Source: an uncultured delta proteobacterium (lineage in GTDB: Bacteria; Myxococcota; Kuafuiibacteriia; Kuafuiibacteriales; Kuafuiibacteriaceae). Taken from it: DNA of 64,000 bases. The notes beneath the pieces were generated by a model. That model saw only the letters and a program-made list of their open reading frames with translations, was not told the origin of the DNA and ran no database searches. The stretch spans positions 1,184,001 to 1,248,000 of the forward strand of contig CAWDML010000001.1 of assembly GCA_963803435.1 (NCBI GenBank), read 5' to 3'. The position numbers and the translations under genes were made by a program. The number at the start of each line of letters is the position of its first letter. The stretch's first letter is position 1. Below, in pieces: positions 30,142 to 38,519 of this stretch.

Positions 30142-31161
30142 TCAGCCCTTCGTTCGCTTGGCGAACTCTGCCTTCCCCTGGAGGATGGCGTCGAACAGCG
30201 GACGGCCTTCCTTGCTCGCCTTCTTGCGGTAGGTCTCGAAGATGTTCTTGGTCGCCGCCGCCATCTCCTTCTTGAGCTCGGGGCTGGCCTGACAGACCTC
30301 GATCTTCGACTTGGTGAAGTTGTCGATCAGCCCCTGCCGGATCGCGCGGATGCCCTTGCGGCTGAATGCGGTGTCGTCATCGGCGCCGTCGAGGAGCACC
30401 TTCTGGATCTCCTTGGGCTGCTGATCGAACCACTTCTTCGAGTAGAGGATCACCGCCGGCTGATAGATGTGATCGGTGACGGTGAAATGACTGATGCCCT
30501 GGTACCAGCTGGTGGCGAACGCGAAGATGGGCGTGTTGGAGAAGCCGTCGACGATGCCCTGCTGCAGCGCGGGGAGCACCTCGGGGACCGCCATCGGCAC
30601 CGGGTTGGCGCCCAGCGCGGTGAAGGTGTCGAGGTGGATGCGGGCCTCCTGGCTGCGGACCTTCTTCCCCTTCAGGTCGGCGAGCGTCTTGACGCAGCGA
30701 TCCTTGAGGGCCAGGCCGTGCCATCCGTTCTCGGAGAACTGGAAGAAGACGAAGCCGTGGGAGGCGAGGAGCTTCTGGACGATCGGGCGTGCGTAGTTGT
30801 CGAGGACGAAGTCCGCCTCCTCGTCTGAGCTGAACAAGAACGGCGACTCGAGCACGTACAGCTCGGGGATGACGGTGGCGACCGCCGCGGTCGATCCGCC
30901 GAACATCTGGATGCGGCCCTCGCGGGTCTCGCGCACCATCTCTTTCTCACCGCCGAGGCGGCCCCCAAAGTAGAGCTTCAGCTTGAGCTGGTCGGCGGAG
31001 GCCTTCTTGAAGCGCGTCCGGATCCGCTTCATCAGCTCCGACCACGGGGTCCCCTCCGGGGCCACCGTGCCGACCTTCACCACGATCCGATCGTCGCCGG
31101 CGCGGGCGGGCGGTCCGGCCAGCACGCCGAGCAAGAGCACCAGGAGCGCGTATCGCCTCAT
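30142..31161 (-). CDS. TRAP transporter substrate-binding protein (DctP/TatP)
   Basis: GTVAPEGTPW, GGRLGGEKEM, DLKGKKVR, LGANPVPM, LQQGIVDG. Confidence 0.93.
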   Translation of the reverse strand: MRRYALLVLLLGVLAGPPARAGDDRIVVKVGTVAPEGTPWSELMKRIRTRFKKASADQLKLKLYFGGRLGGEKEMVRETREGRIQMFGGSTAAVATVIPELYVLESPFLFSSDEEADFVLDNYARPIVQKLLASHGFVFFQFSENGWHGLALKDRCVKTLADLKGKKVRSQEARIHLDTFTALGANPVPMAVPEVLPALQQGIVDGFSNTPIFAFATSWYQGISHFTVTDHIYQPAVILYSKKWFDQQPKEIQKVLLDGADDDTAFSRKGIRAIRQGLIDNFTKSKIEVCQASPELKKEMAAATKNIFETYRKKASKEGRPLFDAILQGKAEFAKRTKG

Positions 31162-32066
31162 CAGAAGACCTCGTCGATCTCGTCGAGGAGCTTCTGGGCG
31201 CGGCGCTTGGCGGCGCGATTCTCCGGAGCGATGTCCGGGTTGTCGCCGTCCTCCGAGTGGAGCACCTCGTCGAGGAGCTTCTTGTAGAGCTCTTCGTCGT
31301 CGAGCTCCACCGCCAGGAACTCGGCCTCGAGCACCTTGTTGCCGAGGTACTCGGGCGCCTGCTCGAGCGCGGCGGTGAAGTGCGCCTTCGACTTTTCGAG
31401 ATCCTTTCCGGCGATCGAGGGGAGGATCGAGTAGAAGCCGCCCAAGTATCGATCGGCCGCGCCGTAGAAGTAGCGCGGATCGAGCTTCTGCACCGTCTCC
31501 ATCGCCGCCTTGATCTTGTCTTTGTAGTAGAGCCGGGTGGAGAGGCCCTTCTTGGTGGCGAAGCGGCCGAGGTTCGCGCAGTACCAGTACGCGGCCGGCA
31601 CGCCCTTGGGGCTGATCTTCCTGATCGCGTCCTCGAACTCGCCGCCGCCGCGCATCGTCGACTCGAAGCCCGGCTCCATGACGAGCAGCGCCTGCTCACC
31701 GTAGTTGACGCCCTTCGTGTAGACGGCGAGGAGCTCCTCCTCGCTCACCTTGGGATCGAACGTGAGGTGGCCGTCGGCCAGGAAGAAGGTGGCGCGGGAG
31801 AGCCAGACGTACGCTTCGGCCTGGCTCGCGTCGGACTTGGCCAGCGCCTCCCACTTCGCGATCGCCGCCTCGAGGTCGGCCCGCGAGTCGCGCTTCGCCC
31901 AGAGGCCCTCGGCCTCGGCCATCAGCGCGGAGGACGCTGCCGACGAGGTGGTGGTGCCCTGCACCGACTTCTCCGTCTCCCAGGCCGCCTGTCTGCCGGC
32001 GGAGCCGCAGGCAGAGACGAGAGCGATCGCGACGAATCCGATGCAGCAGGCCGTGGTTCTTGGCAT
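31161..32066 (-). CDS. TPR lipoprotein, TRAP TatT component
   Basis: Lipobox VSAC; helical repeats; LGGFYSILPSIAGKDLEKSKAHF; first gene of the TRAP operon. Confidence 0.8.
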   Translation of the reverse strand: MPRTTACCIGFVAIALVSACGSAGRQAAWETEKSVQGTTTSSAASSALMAEAEGLWAKRDSRADLEAAIAKWEALAKSDASQAEAYVWLSRATFFLADGHLTFDPKVSEEELLAVYTKGVNYGEQALLVMEPGFESTMRGGGEFEDAIRKISPKGVPAAYWYCANLGRFATKKGLSTRLYYKDKIKAAMETVQKLDPRYFYGAADRYLGGFYSILPSIAGKDLEKSKAHFTAALEQAPEYLGNKVLEAEFLAVELDDEELYKKLLDEVLHSEDGDNPDIAPENRAAKRRAQKLLDEIDEVF

Positions 32067-32143
32067 GGCGCGCCCTGTTAGTGACAGCGGCCTGCCCTGT
32101 CAAACTCATTGGCACCGGCGGCCGCATGAAGAAAGCTCCCCAG

Positions 32144-33049
32144 ATGGAGATCCGCGAGCGCACGCTGGCGATCCGTCGCCGCGCCGCCGAGCTCGGCTTC
32201 GACGCGATCGGTTTCGCGCGTGCCGATCACGCGGACCCGGAGCGCCGCCTCCGCGCCTGGCTCGAGCGGGGCTTCGCCGCCGGCATGGGCTATCTGGCGA
32301 GAACCGCCGCCGAGCGGGAGGACCCGCGACGGATCGTCCCGGGCGCCAAGACCGTGATCGCACTGGCGATCTCGTACTACCGGCCGGAGGTCGTGCCGGC
32401 GGCGCCGCTCAAGATCAGCCGCTACGCGATGATCGACGACTACCACGGGATGCTCAAGAAGCGCGTCCGGAAGCTGCGGAGGCTGATCCTCGAGCTCGAT
32501 CCGGGCGCGAGCGTCAAGCCGGCGGTCGACACCTCGCCGGTCCTGGAACGGGCGTGGGCCGAGCGCGCCGGCATCGCGTGGATCGGAAAGAGCACGATGG
32601 CGATCGGCCCGCGCCTGGGGACGTACACGTTCCTGGCCACGCTGATCACCACCACCGAGGTCGAGTACGACGAGCCGCACCCGAACCGCTGCGGCTCGTG
32701 CACGCGCTGCCTCGATGCGTGTCCCACAAGAGCCTTCGCGGGCCCGTACCAGCTCGACGCCAACCGCTGCATCACCTACTGGACGATCGAGCATCGCGGC
32801 GCGCTCACCGAGCGCACGCCCGACCTCGAGGGCTGGATCGGGGGCTGCGACGTCTGCCAGGAGGTGTGCCCCTGGAACAAGTTCGCGCGGCCGACGGAGG
32901 AGCCGCGCTGGGTGCCGCGGCCCGAGCTCGCCGCGCCCGAGCCGGAGCGGTGGCGCGATGCCGACTACGTGGCGCGCGTGATCGAGGGGACGCCGCTCAC
33001 TCGACCCGGCGCAGAGACGTTGGTTCAGATCGTCCGTCGCTCAGGCTGA
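32144..33049 (+). CDS. queG: tRNA epoxyqueuosine(34) reductase
   Basis: ISRYA..DYH, VDTSPVLERAWAERAG, CGSCTRCLDACPT, GCDVCQEVCPWN. Confidence 0.93.
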   Translation: MEIRERTLAIRRRAAELGFDAIGFARADHADPERRLRAWLERGFAAGMGYLARTAAEREDPRRIVPGAKTVIALAISYYRPEVVPAAPLKISRYAMIDDYHGMLKKRVRKLRRLILELDPGASVKPAVDTSPVLERAWAERAGIAWIGKSTMAIGPRLGTYTFLATLITTTEVEYDEPHPNRCGSCTRCLDACPTRAFAGPYQLDANRCITYWTIEHRGALTERTPDLEGWIGGCDVCQEVCPWNKFARPTEEPRWVPRPELAAPEPERWRDADYVARVIEGTPLTRPGAETLVQIVRRSG

Positions 33050-33266
33050 CCTGACCCTGGTCGCAGTGGGGATGCGAGAGTGCACCGGCGACGCGTACGC
33101 GGAGACCGCCGTCGATCCGATCGGTGACGTCGTGGACCTTCTTGAGCTCATACTTACTCAGCAAGACCCGAGGGAGCGAGAGCAGCGGCACCACCGCCAG
33201 GCCCAGCACCCCGAGGGCCGCGTAGACGAGCGTGACGATCACGAGGAAAGTGCCGAGCCCACCCAC
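32997..33266 (-). CDS. Small hypothetical membrane protein
   Basis: Hydrophobic N-terminus; fills the gap between queG and the AKR gene but overlaps the queG 3' end. Confidence 0.35.
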   Translation of the reverse strand: MGGLGTFLVIVTLVYAALGVLGLAVVPLLSLPRVLLSKYELKKVHDVTDRIDGGLRVRVAGALSHPHCDQGQVSLSDGRSEPTSLRRVE

Positions 33267-33325
33267 GTCTTCATGATGCGCGCGGGCCCCGGGCCTCGCA
33301 AGCGCATCCGTGCTACAGCCAGCGG

Positions 33326-34144
33326 ATGGACGCTTCGACCCGCGTCACGCTCAACGACGGCTGGACGATCCCGCAGGTCGGTCTCGGTGTGTTCCGCACG
33401 GCCGCCGGAGAGGAGGCGAAGCGCGCCGTCCGAACCGCGCTCGAGGTCGGCTACCGGCACATCGACACGGCGGCGATCTACGAGAACGAGCGCTCGGTCG
33501 GTGAGGCGATCCGCGAGAGCGGGGTTCCGCGCGAGGACGTCTTCGTCACCACCAAGCTCTGGAACGAGGACCACGACGCGCCCGCGCAGGCCTTCGCGCG
33601 GAGCCTGAAGGCGTTGGGGCTCGGGTACGTCGATCTCTACCTGATCCACTGGCCGATAGCCGAGAAGCGAACGCGGACCTGGTCCGAGCTGGAGCGGCTG
33701 GTGAAGAGCGGCGACGTACGCTCGATCGGCGTCAGCAACTATCTGGTGCCGCACCTCGAGGAGTTGCTGGCCGCCGCGACCGTCCTCCCGGCGGTCAACC
33801 AGATCGAGCTCAGCCCGTACAGCTATCGCTCCCGACTCGACACCGTCACGCTGTGCCGGGAGCACGGGATCGCGATCGAGGCGTACAGCCCGCTCACCCG
33901 CGGCCGGAAGCTGGCCGACCCGCGCCTGGACGCGATCGGGCCCAGGAAGAAGAGCGCGGCGCAGAAACTGATCCGCTGGGGGCTTCAGCGGGACCTCATC
34001 GTGCTGCCAAAGTCGGCGCGCCCGACGCGCATCGAGGAGAACCTCGACGTCTTCGACTTCGAGCTCTCCAGCGAAGACATGGACGCGCTGGACGCGCTCG
34101 ACGAGAACCTCCTGGTGGCCTGGGATCCGCGCCGCCAGCCGTGA
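33326..34144 (+). CDS. Aldo/keto reductase
   Basis: GYRHIDTAAIY.NE, VTTKLWN, YLIHWP, IGVSNY, LPKS. Confidence 0.95.
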   Translation: MDASTRVTLNDGWTIPQVGLGVFRTAAGEEAKRAVRTALEVGYRHIDTAAIYENERSVGEAIRESGVPREDVFVTTKLWNEDHDAPAQAFARSLKALGLGYVDLYLIHWPIAEKRTRTWSELERLVKSGDVRSIGVSNYLVPHLEELLAAATVLPAVNQIELSPYSYRSRLDTVTLCREHGIAIEAYSPLTRGRKLADPRLDAIGPRKKSAAQKLIRWGLQRDLIVLPKSARPTRIEENLDVFDFELSSEDMDALDALDENLLVAWDPRRQP

Positions 34145-34615
34145 TCAGCCGTTCGCGGAGAGGAACGTGTCGAGGTTCTGCCGGGCGGTGGCCTGCACCT
34201 TCTTCCGGATGATGGGCGTCCAGCCGAGGAGCACGCCCGCCGGGCCCAGCGCCATGCGCGACCACCGCCAGAAGTCGAAGCGATCGATGTGCCGGAGGAT
34301 CTTGCCGCCGTCGAACTGGAACTCCGCGTCGATGACGTTGTGAACGCGACGTCCGGTCTGCGCGAATGTGTACTTCGCCTCCCAGTGGGCGCGCCCGGTG
34401 CGATCGTCGGCGTGGACGTCGCGGAACGTGACCTCGAGATCGCGGGCGCGCTTCGACAGCATGCGCCACATGCCGCGCGCCTCGTCAGCGTCGAGATCCG
34501 TGAAGACGGGATCGGTGAAGCGAGCGCCGTCCGCATAGGCGGCGGCCATCGGCTCGGCGTCCTTCCGGGCGAACGCCGTGTAGAACTGCTCGATCAAGGC
34601 CTCGTTCGGGTGCAT
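34145..34615 (-). CDS. NTF2/SnoaL-like domain protein
   Basis: FYTAF, FTDPVF, MWRML, WEAKYTF..TGRRVHN, HIDRFDFWRWSRMALG. Confidence 0.88.
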   Translation of the reverse strand: MHPNEALIEQFYTAFARKDAEPMAAAYADGARFTDPVFTDLDADEARGMWRMLSKRARDLEVTFRDVHADDRTGRAHWEAKYTFAQTGRRVHNVIDAEFQFDGGKILRHIDRFDFWRWSRMALGPAGVLLGWTPIIRKKVQATARQNLDTFLSANG

Positions 34616-34616
34616 C

Positions 34617-35246
34617 TCAATGACCCGCCGCGTCGCCCCAGAGCGCCTTCAGGCGGCGGTCGCGGCCGCAGCCGGCGCGGTAGGATTGATAGTGGGCGGG
34701 GTTGGTCTTGTGGAAGTCTTGATGCCCGACCTCGGCAGGATAGAACGTCGAGGCCGCGACGATCTCGGTATACACGTGACCGCCGAGCTTCTTCTCGACC
34801 TCGGCCTTCGTCTTCTCGGCGAGTCGCTTCTGGGCCTCGTCGTGATAGAAGATCGCGCTTCGATACTGTGAGCCCGCGTCGCAGAACTGACGGTTCTCGG
34901 CGAGCGGATCGATGTTGTGCCAGTAGATCTCGAGAAGGCGCTCGTAGCTGATCTTCGTCGGATCGAAGATCACGTAGACCGACTCGGCGTGCCCGGTGTC
35001 GCCCGAGCCGACCTCCATGTACGTGGGATTGACCTTCTGGCCCCCCGTGTACCCGGAGGTCGCGGAGAGCACGCCCTCCGCCTCGTCGAACGGGGTCTCC
35101 ATGCACCAGAAACACCCGCCTGCGAAGGTGGCGACCTGCATCCCCTTCGGCACGTCGGGGAGCTTCGCCGGCGGTCCCAAATCCTTCGCGCTCGCGAAGC
35201 GGCAGGAGAAGAGGAGGAGGAGGGACAGCAGGCTGGTGGCTTTCAT
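34617..35246 (-). CDS. msrA: Peptide-methionine (S)-S-oxide reductase, exported
   Basis: FAGGCFWC, GHAESV, QYRSAIF, FYPAE; N-terminal signal/lipobox. Confidence 0.95.
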   Translation of the reverse strand: MKATSLLSLLLLFSCRFASAKDLGPPAKLPDVPKGMQVATFAGGCFWCMETPFDEAEGVLSATSGYTGGQKVNPTYMEVGSGDTGHAESVYVIFDPTKISYERLLEIYWHNIDPLAENRQFCDAGSQYRSAIFYHDEAQKRLAEKTKAEVEKKLGGHVYTEIVAASTFYPAEVGHQDFHKTNPAHYQSYRAGCGRDRRLKALWGDAAGH

Positions 35247-35387
35247 CCGGCTGACGATTCTACTCGACGCCGGAGCCCGCGGTTACAAAACGCCGGCTTT
35301 TCGGGGACCGTGCAACCCCACCTGCGCATCATGACAGCGGTCACCCGCTCCAACCCGTCCCTGGTCCACGTATAGCCTCGCCAATAG

Positions 35388-36215
35388 ATGAAGCCCGCGA
35401 TCGTCGTGATCACTACGCTCTCGCTGTCCGCCGCCGCGATCTCCGCGCGGGCCGGGGACTACCGGATCGGAGGTGAGGTCGGGCTGTACCACGACTCGAC
35501 CGAGGGCGCGTCTCTGACGGCGCTGACGGAGGTCATCGACGCGGACATCACGGTGGTCGACTCGATCGCGATCGTGGGTGCGCTGCCGTTCGTGCAGATC
35601 ATCGGAACGGGCGGCAACTCCACCGAGGCACGGTTTCGCATCGGCAACCCGTACGCCGCGGCCTATTACCAGATGGGCACGGATCTGTTCCGGCTCCGGA
35701 TCGGTGGTGGCTTCGCGATCCCCGCCGCGCAGCTCCCCAACGACCAGAACGCGCTGCTGGCCGCGATCACGTACTCCGTCGCGCTGGGGATGCACGGCTT
35801 TCAAGGCCCGTGGCTGTGGAGCCCCGAGACGCTCCCGGTCACGGTCCCGTCGCTGCGCCTCCGCGTCGACCTGGGCCTGGTCGAGATCCAGGGCGGCGGC
35901 GACGTCGCGCTCCTGATCGCGCTGAACACCGACAACGACCGGGACAAGGTCGAGGTGATGCTCCCGCTCTACGCCGGCGCGCTGGTCCACCTGGGCTTCC
36001 TCGGCGCGGGGGCCGACATCGGGGCGGCCTTCTTCCCCACCGCGGGCAGCGGCGCCGACAAGTTTCAGCTGTCGATCTCGCCGAAGCTGACGGCGACGTT
36101 CGGCCCCGTGGAGCTCGAGACCCGGCTCACGATGAACATCGATCATCCGGCCGGCTTCGCGTTCGACCAGGGTGGGATCTGGGGCTTCTTCGTGGGCGCG
36201 CACGCGGTGTTCTGA
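35388..36215 (+). CDS. Hypothetical outer-membrane beta-barrel protein
   Basis: Signal peptide, alternating beta-strands, C-terminal Phe. Confidence 0.6.
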   Translation: MKPAIVVITTLSLSAAAISARAGDYRIGGEVGLYHDSTEGASLTALTEVIDADITVVDSIAIVGALPFVQIIGTGGNSTEARFRIGNPYAAAYYQMGTDLFRLRIGGGFAIPAAQLPNDQNALLAAITYSVALGMHGFQGPWLWSPETLPVTVPSLRLRVDLGLVEIQGGGDVALLIALNTDNDRDKVEVMLPLYAGALVHLGFLGAGADIGAAFFPTAGSGADKFQLSISPKLTATFGPVELETRLTMNIDHPAGFAFDQGGIWGFFVGAHAVF

Positions 36216-37013
36216 TCAGACCACGACGCCCATCGGTCTCCTGAGCGGAAGCGCCACGCCGATCGACATCACCATCCAGGTCACCCACCACGGCATCCAG
36301 AGCACGCTCCGCTCTTCGCGTTCGTGATCGATCGCGATGCGGGTGAACGGGAGCTCGCTCGAGAGCCCGTGCTCGTATCCGGCGGCGATCGAGCTGGCCC
36401 ATCCCTGTCTCCGCTCCACGCTGATGCGCTGCGCTCCGGGCGCTGCGATCAGGAGCTTGTCGGTGTGGGCCTCGCCGAGGGTCACTTGGAACGCGGTGTT
36501 CGCGGGCTGCGCCAGGTCGACGCGGAACCAGGCCACGTTCGCGTTCCGATCCACGACCGGACCCAGCACCGTGCCCTCGCCGTCGAGCGTGAGGCGCACG
36601 TCGCCGGCGGCCACCCCCTCGGCCACTTCGACCTCCACCAGCGCTTGCTGAGCGGCCGGCCGGTAGCTGAAGCGCAGCTCCAGGTGGAGAAACAGCAGCG
36701 AGAGCGGCGCGGCCAGCACCAGCAGCGCGGGGAGCGTTCTCCCGGTGTACCGGGCGCTGTACCAGACGAGGCGGCGTTGTGCCGAGAACACGCGGCGCGG
36801 CGAGTCCATGAACAGCCTCATCTCGTAGATCGTCGAGGTCATCAGGTCCCGGGCGCGCTCGAGCTTCCTCTGGTCGGTGGTTCGCTTCACCACCCAGAGC
36901 GCGATCACGGCGGTGGCGGCCGACACCACCAGCAGCTCGAGCCACGCTGGAAGCCGGTCGAGCGGAGCGAGCAGCAGCTCCGTCGCGGAGTGCGCCAGAT
37001 CGACGACCACCAC
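36216..37013 (-). CDS. Hypothetical membrane protein (TM-coiled coil-TM, EMC3/DUF106-like layout)
   Basis: TM helix, TDQRKLERARD coil, second TM, soluble domain, C-terminal TM. Confidence 0.55.
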   Translation of the reverse strand: MVVVDLAHSATELLLAPLDRLPAWLELLVVSAATAVIALWVVKRTTDQRKLERARDLMTSTIYEMRLFMDSPRRVFSAQRRLVWYSARYTGRTLPALLVLAAPLSLLFLHLELRFSYRPAAQQALVEVEVAEGVAAGDVRLTLDGEGTVLGPVVDRNANVAWFRVDLAQPANTAFQVTLGEAHTDKLLIAAPGAQRISVERRQGWASSIAAGYEHGLSSELPFTRIAIDHEREERSVLWMPWWVTWMVMSIGVALPLRRPMGVVV

Positions 37014-37049
37014 GGAGCGATCTAATCCCTCCGGCGGTTTTTCGGTAGC

Positions 37050-38519
37050 ATGGTCCTCGTGTCGGGCGCCGATCCCCTGATCGGCCGGGTCATCGCCGGC
37101 AAGATGGAGCTCTCGGAGCTGCTGGGTGCCGGAGCGATGGGCAAGGTCTATCGCGCCCGGCATCGCGGCCTCGACAAGACGGTCGCGATCAAGGTGCTCC
37201 ACGCGGAGGCCAGCGCCGCACCCACACTGGCCGCCCGCTTTCAGGCGGAGGCGCGCGCCGCCTCCCGACTGGATCACCCGAACAGCCTGCGGGTCCTCGA
37301 CTTCGGAGAGGACGGCCCCGACGCCCTGCTCTACATCGCGATGGAGCTCCTCGAGGGCGAGACGCTCCAGTCGGTGCTGGCGCGCGAGCGCAAGCTGGCC
37401 CCTTCGCGCGCCGCCTGGATCATGGGACAGGTCTGCTCGGCGCTGGCAGCCGCACACGATCAAGGCGTGATCCACCGCGACGTGAAGCCGGCCAACGTCA
37501 TCCTGACGACCCAGCGCGGAGACCAGGGTCTGGTCGGCGACTTCGTGAAGGTCTGCGACTTCGGGCTGGCGAAGGTGCTCGACACGCACTCCGAGACCTC
37601 CTCGAGCGGACCGCTGACGCAGCAGGGGGTGGTGCTGGGCACGCCGGCGTACATGTCACCCGAGCAGGCCAAAGGGGAGCCGGTCGATCACCGCGCCGAC
37701 ATCTATGCCTGCGGGGTGATGCTGTATCGCATGCTCTCCGGGCGGAAGCCGTTCATCGGGGACTCCGCGTGGGCGGTGTCGCTCAAGCAGATCGCGGAGG
37801 CGCCGCCGCCGCTCCGCGATCTCGCGCCCGAGATCTCCGACGCGCTCGCCGCCGTGGTTCATCGAGCGCTCCAGAAGGCGCCCGGCGCCCGCTATCAGTC
37901 GGCCCGCGCGCTGCGGGCGGCCCTGCTGGACGCGGCCGGCGTCCCGAACGACAGCGGAGGTGCGAGCGCCCGCTTCGCCGAGCCCACCGTCGATCTCGAT
38001 CCCACGTTCATCCGCGCGTCGGATCAGAGCGTCCCCGTCTCGGAGGCCCTCGGTGGCGCTGGTCGCCGGCGCACGCTCGCGATCGCCGGCGCTGTCCTGA
38101 CCGCGGCCGCGATCGCGCTGTTCGTGATCCTTCCCAGGGCGCCGGCGGTAGAGGCGACGCCCATCGCGATCGAAGCGCCGGCCGCACCGCCGCCCGCTGC
38201 CCCTGCGGAGGTCGAGGTCGCGATCGACGGCGCGCCTGCCGGCACCCGCGTCTTCGCGAACGACGTGCTCCTCGGTGCGCTCCCCGGCGTCCTCACGCTC
38301 GACCGCGGCGGCCGCCCGATCGGCCTTCGGTTCGAAGCGAACGGCTACGAGTCGCTGGCGCGCTCGGTGATCCCGGATCGCGACCTTCACCTCACGATCG
38401 CGCTTCGCCCGCTGGCGCCTCCGCCCTCCTCGCCTCCCGCGAAGGCCCGCTCGCACAGCGCGCCCCCGTCGAACCCCCGGAAGAAGGACCGCCACGCCCT
38501 CGAGAACCCGTTCGAATGA
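37050..38519 (+). CDS. Membrane Ser/Thr protein kinase with PEGA-like C-terminus
   Basis: LGAGAMGKVY, VAIK, HRDVKPAN, DFG, GTPAYMSPEQ; TM helix. Confidence 0.95.
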   Translation: MVLVSGADPLIGRVIAGKMELSELLGAGAMGKVYRARHRGLDKTVAIKVLHAEASAAPTLAARFQAEARAASRLDHPNSLRVLDFGEDGPDALLYIAMELLEGETLQSVLARERKLAPSRAAWIMGQVCSALAAAHDQGVIHRDVKPANVILTTQRGDQGLVGDFVKVCDFGLAKVLDTHSETSSSGPLTQQGVVLGTPAYMSPEQAKGEPVDHRADIYACGVMLYRMLSGRKPFIGDSAWAVSLKQIAEAPPPLRDLAPEISDALAAVVHRALQKAPGARYQSARALRAALLDAAGVPNDSGGASARFAEPTVDLDPTFIRASDQSVPVSEALGGAGRRRTLAIAGAVLTAAAIALFVILPRAPAVEATPIAIEAPAAPPPAAPAEVEVAIDGAPAGTRVFANDVLLGALPGVLTLDRGGRPIGLRFEANGYESLARSVIPDRDLHLTIALRPLAPPPSSPPAKARSHSAPPSNPRKKDRHALENPFE

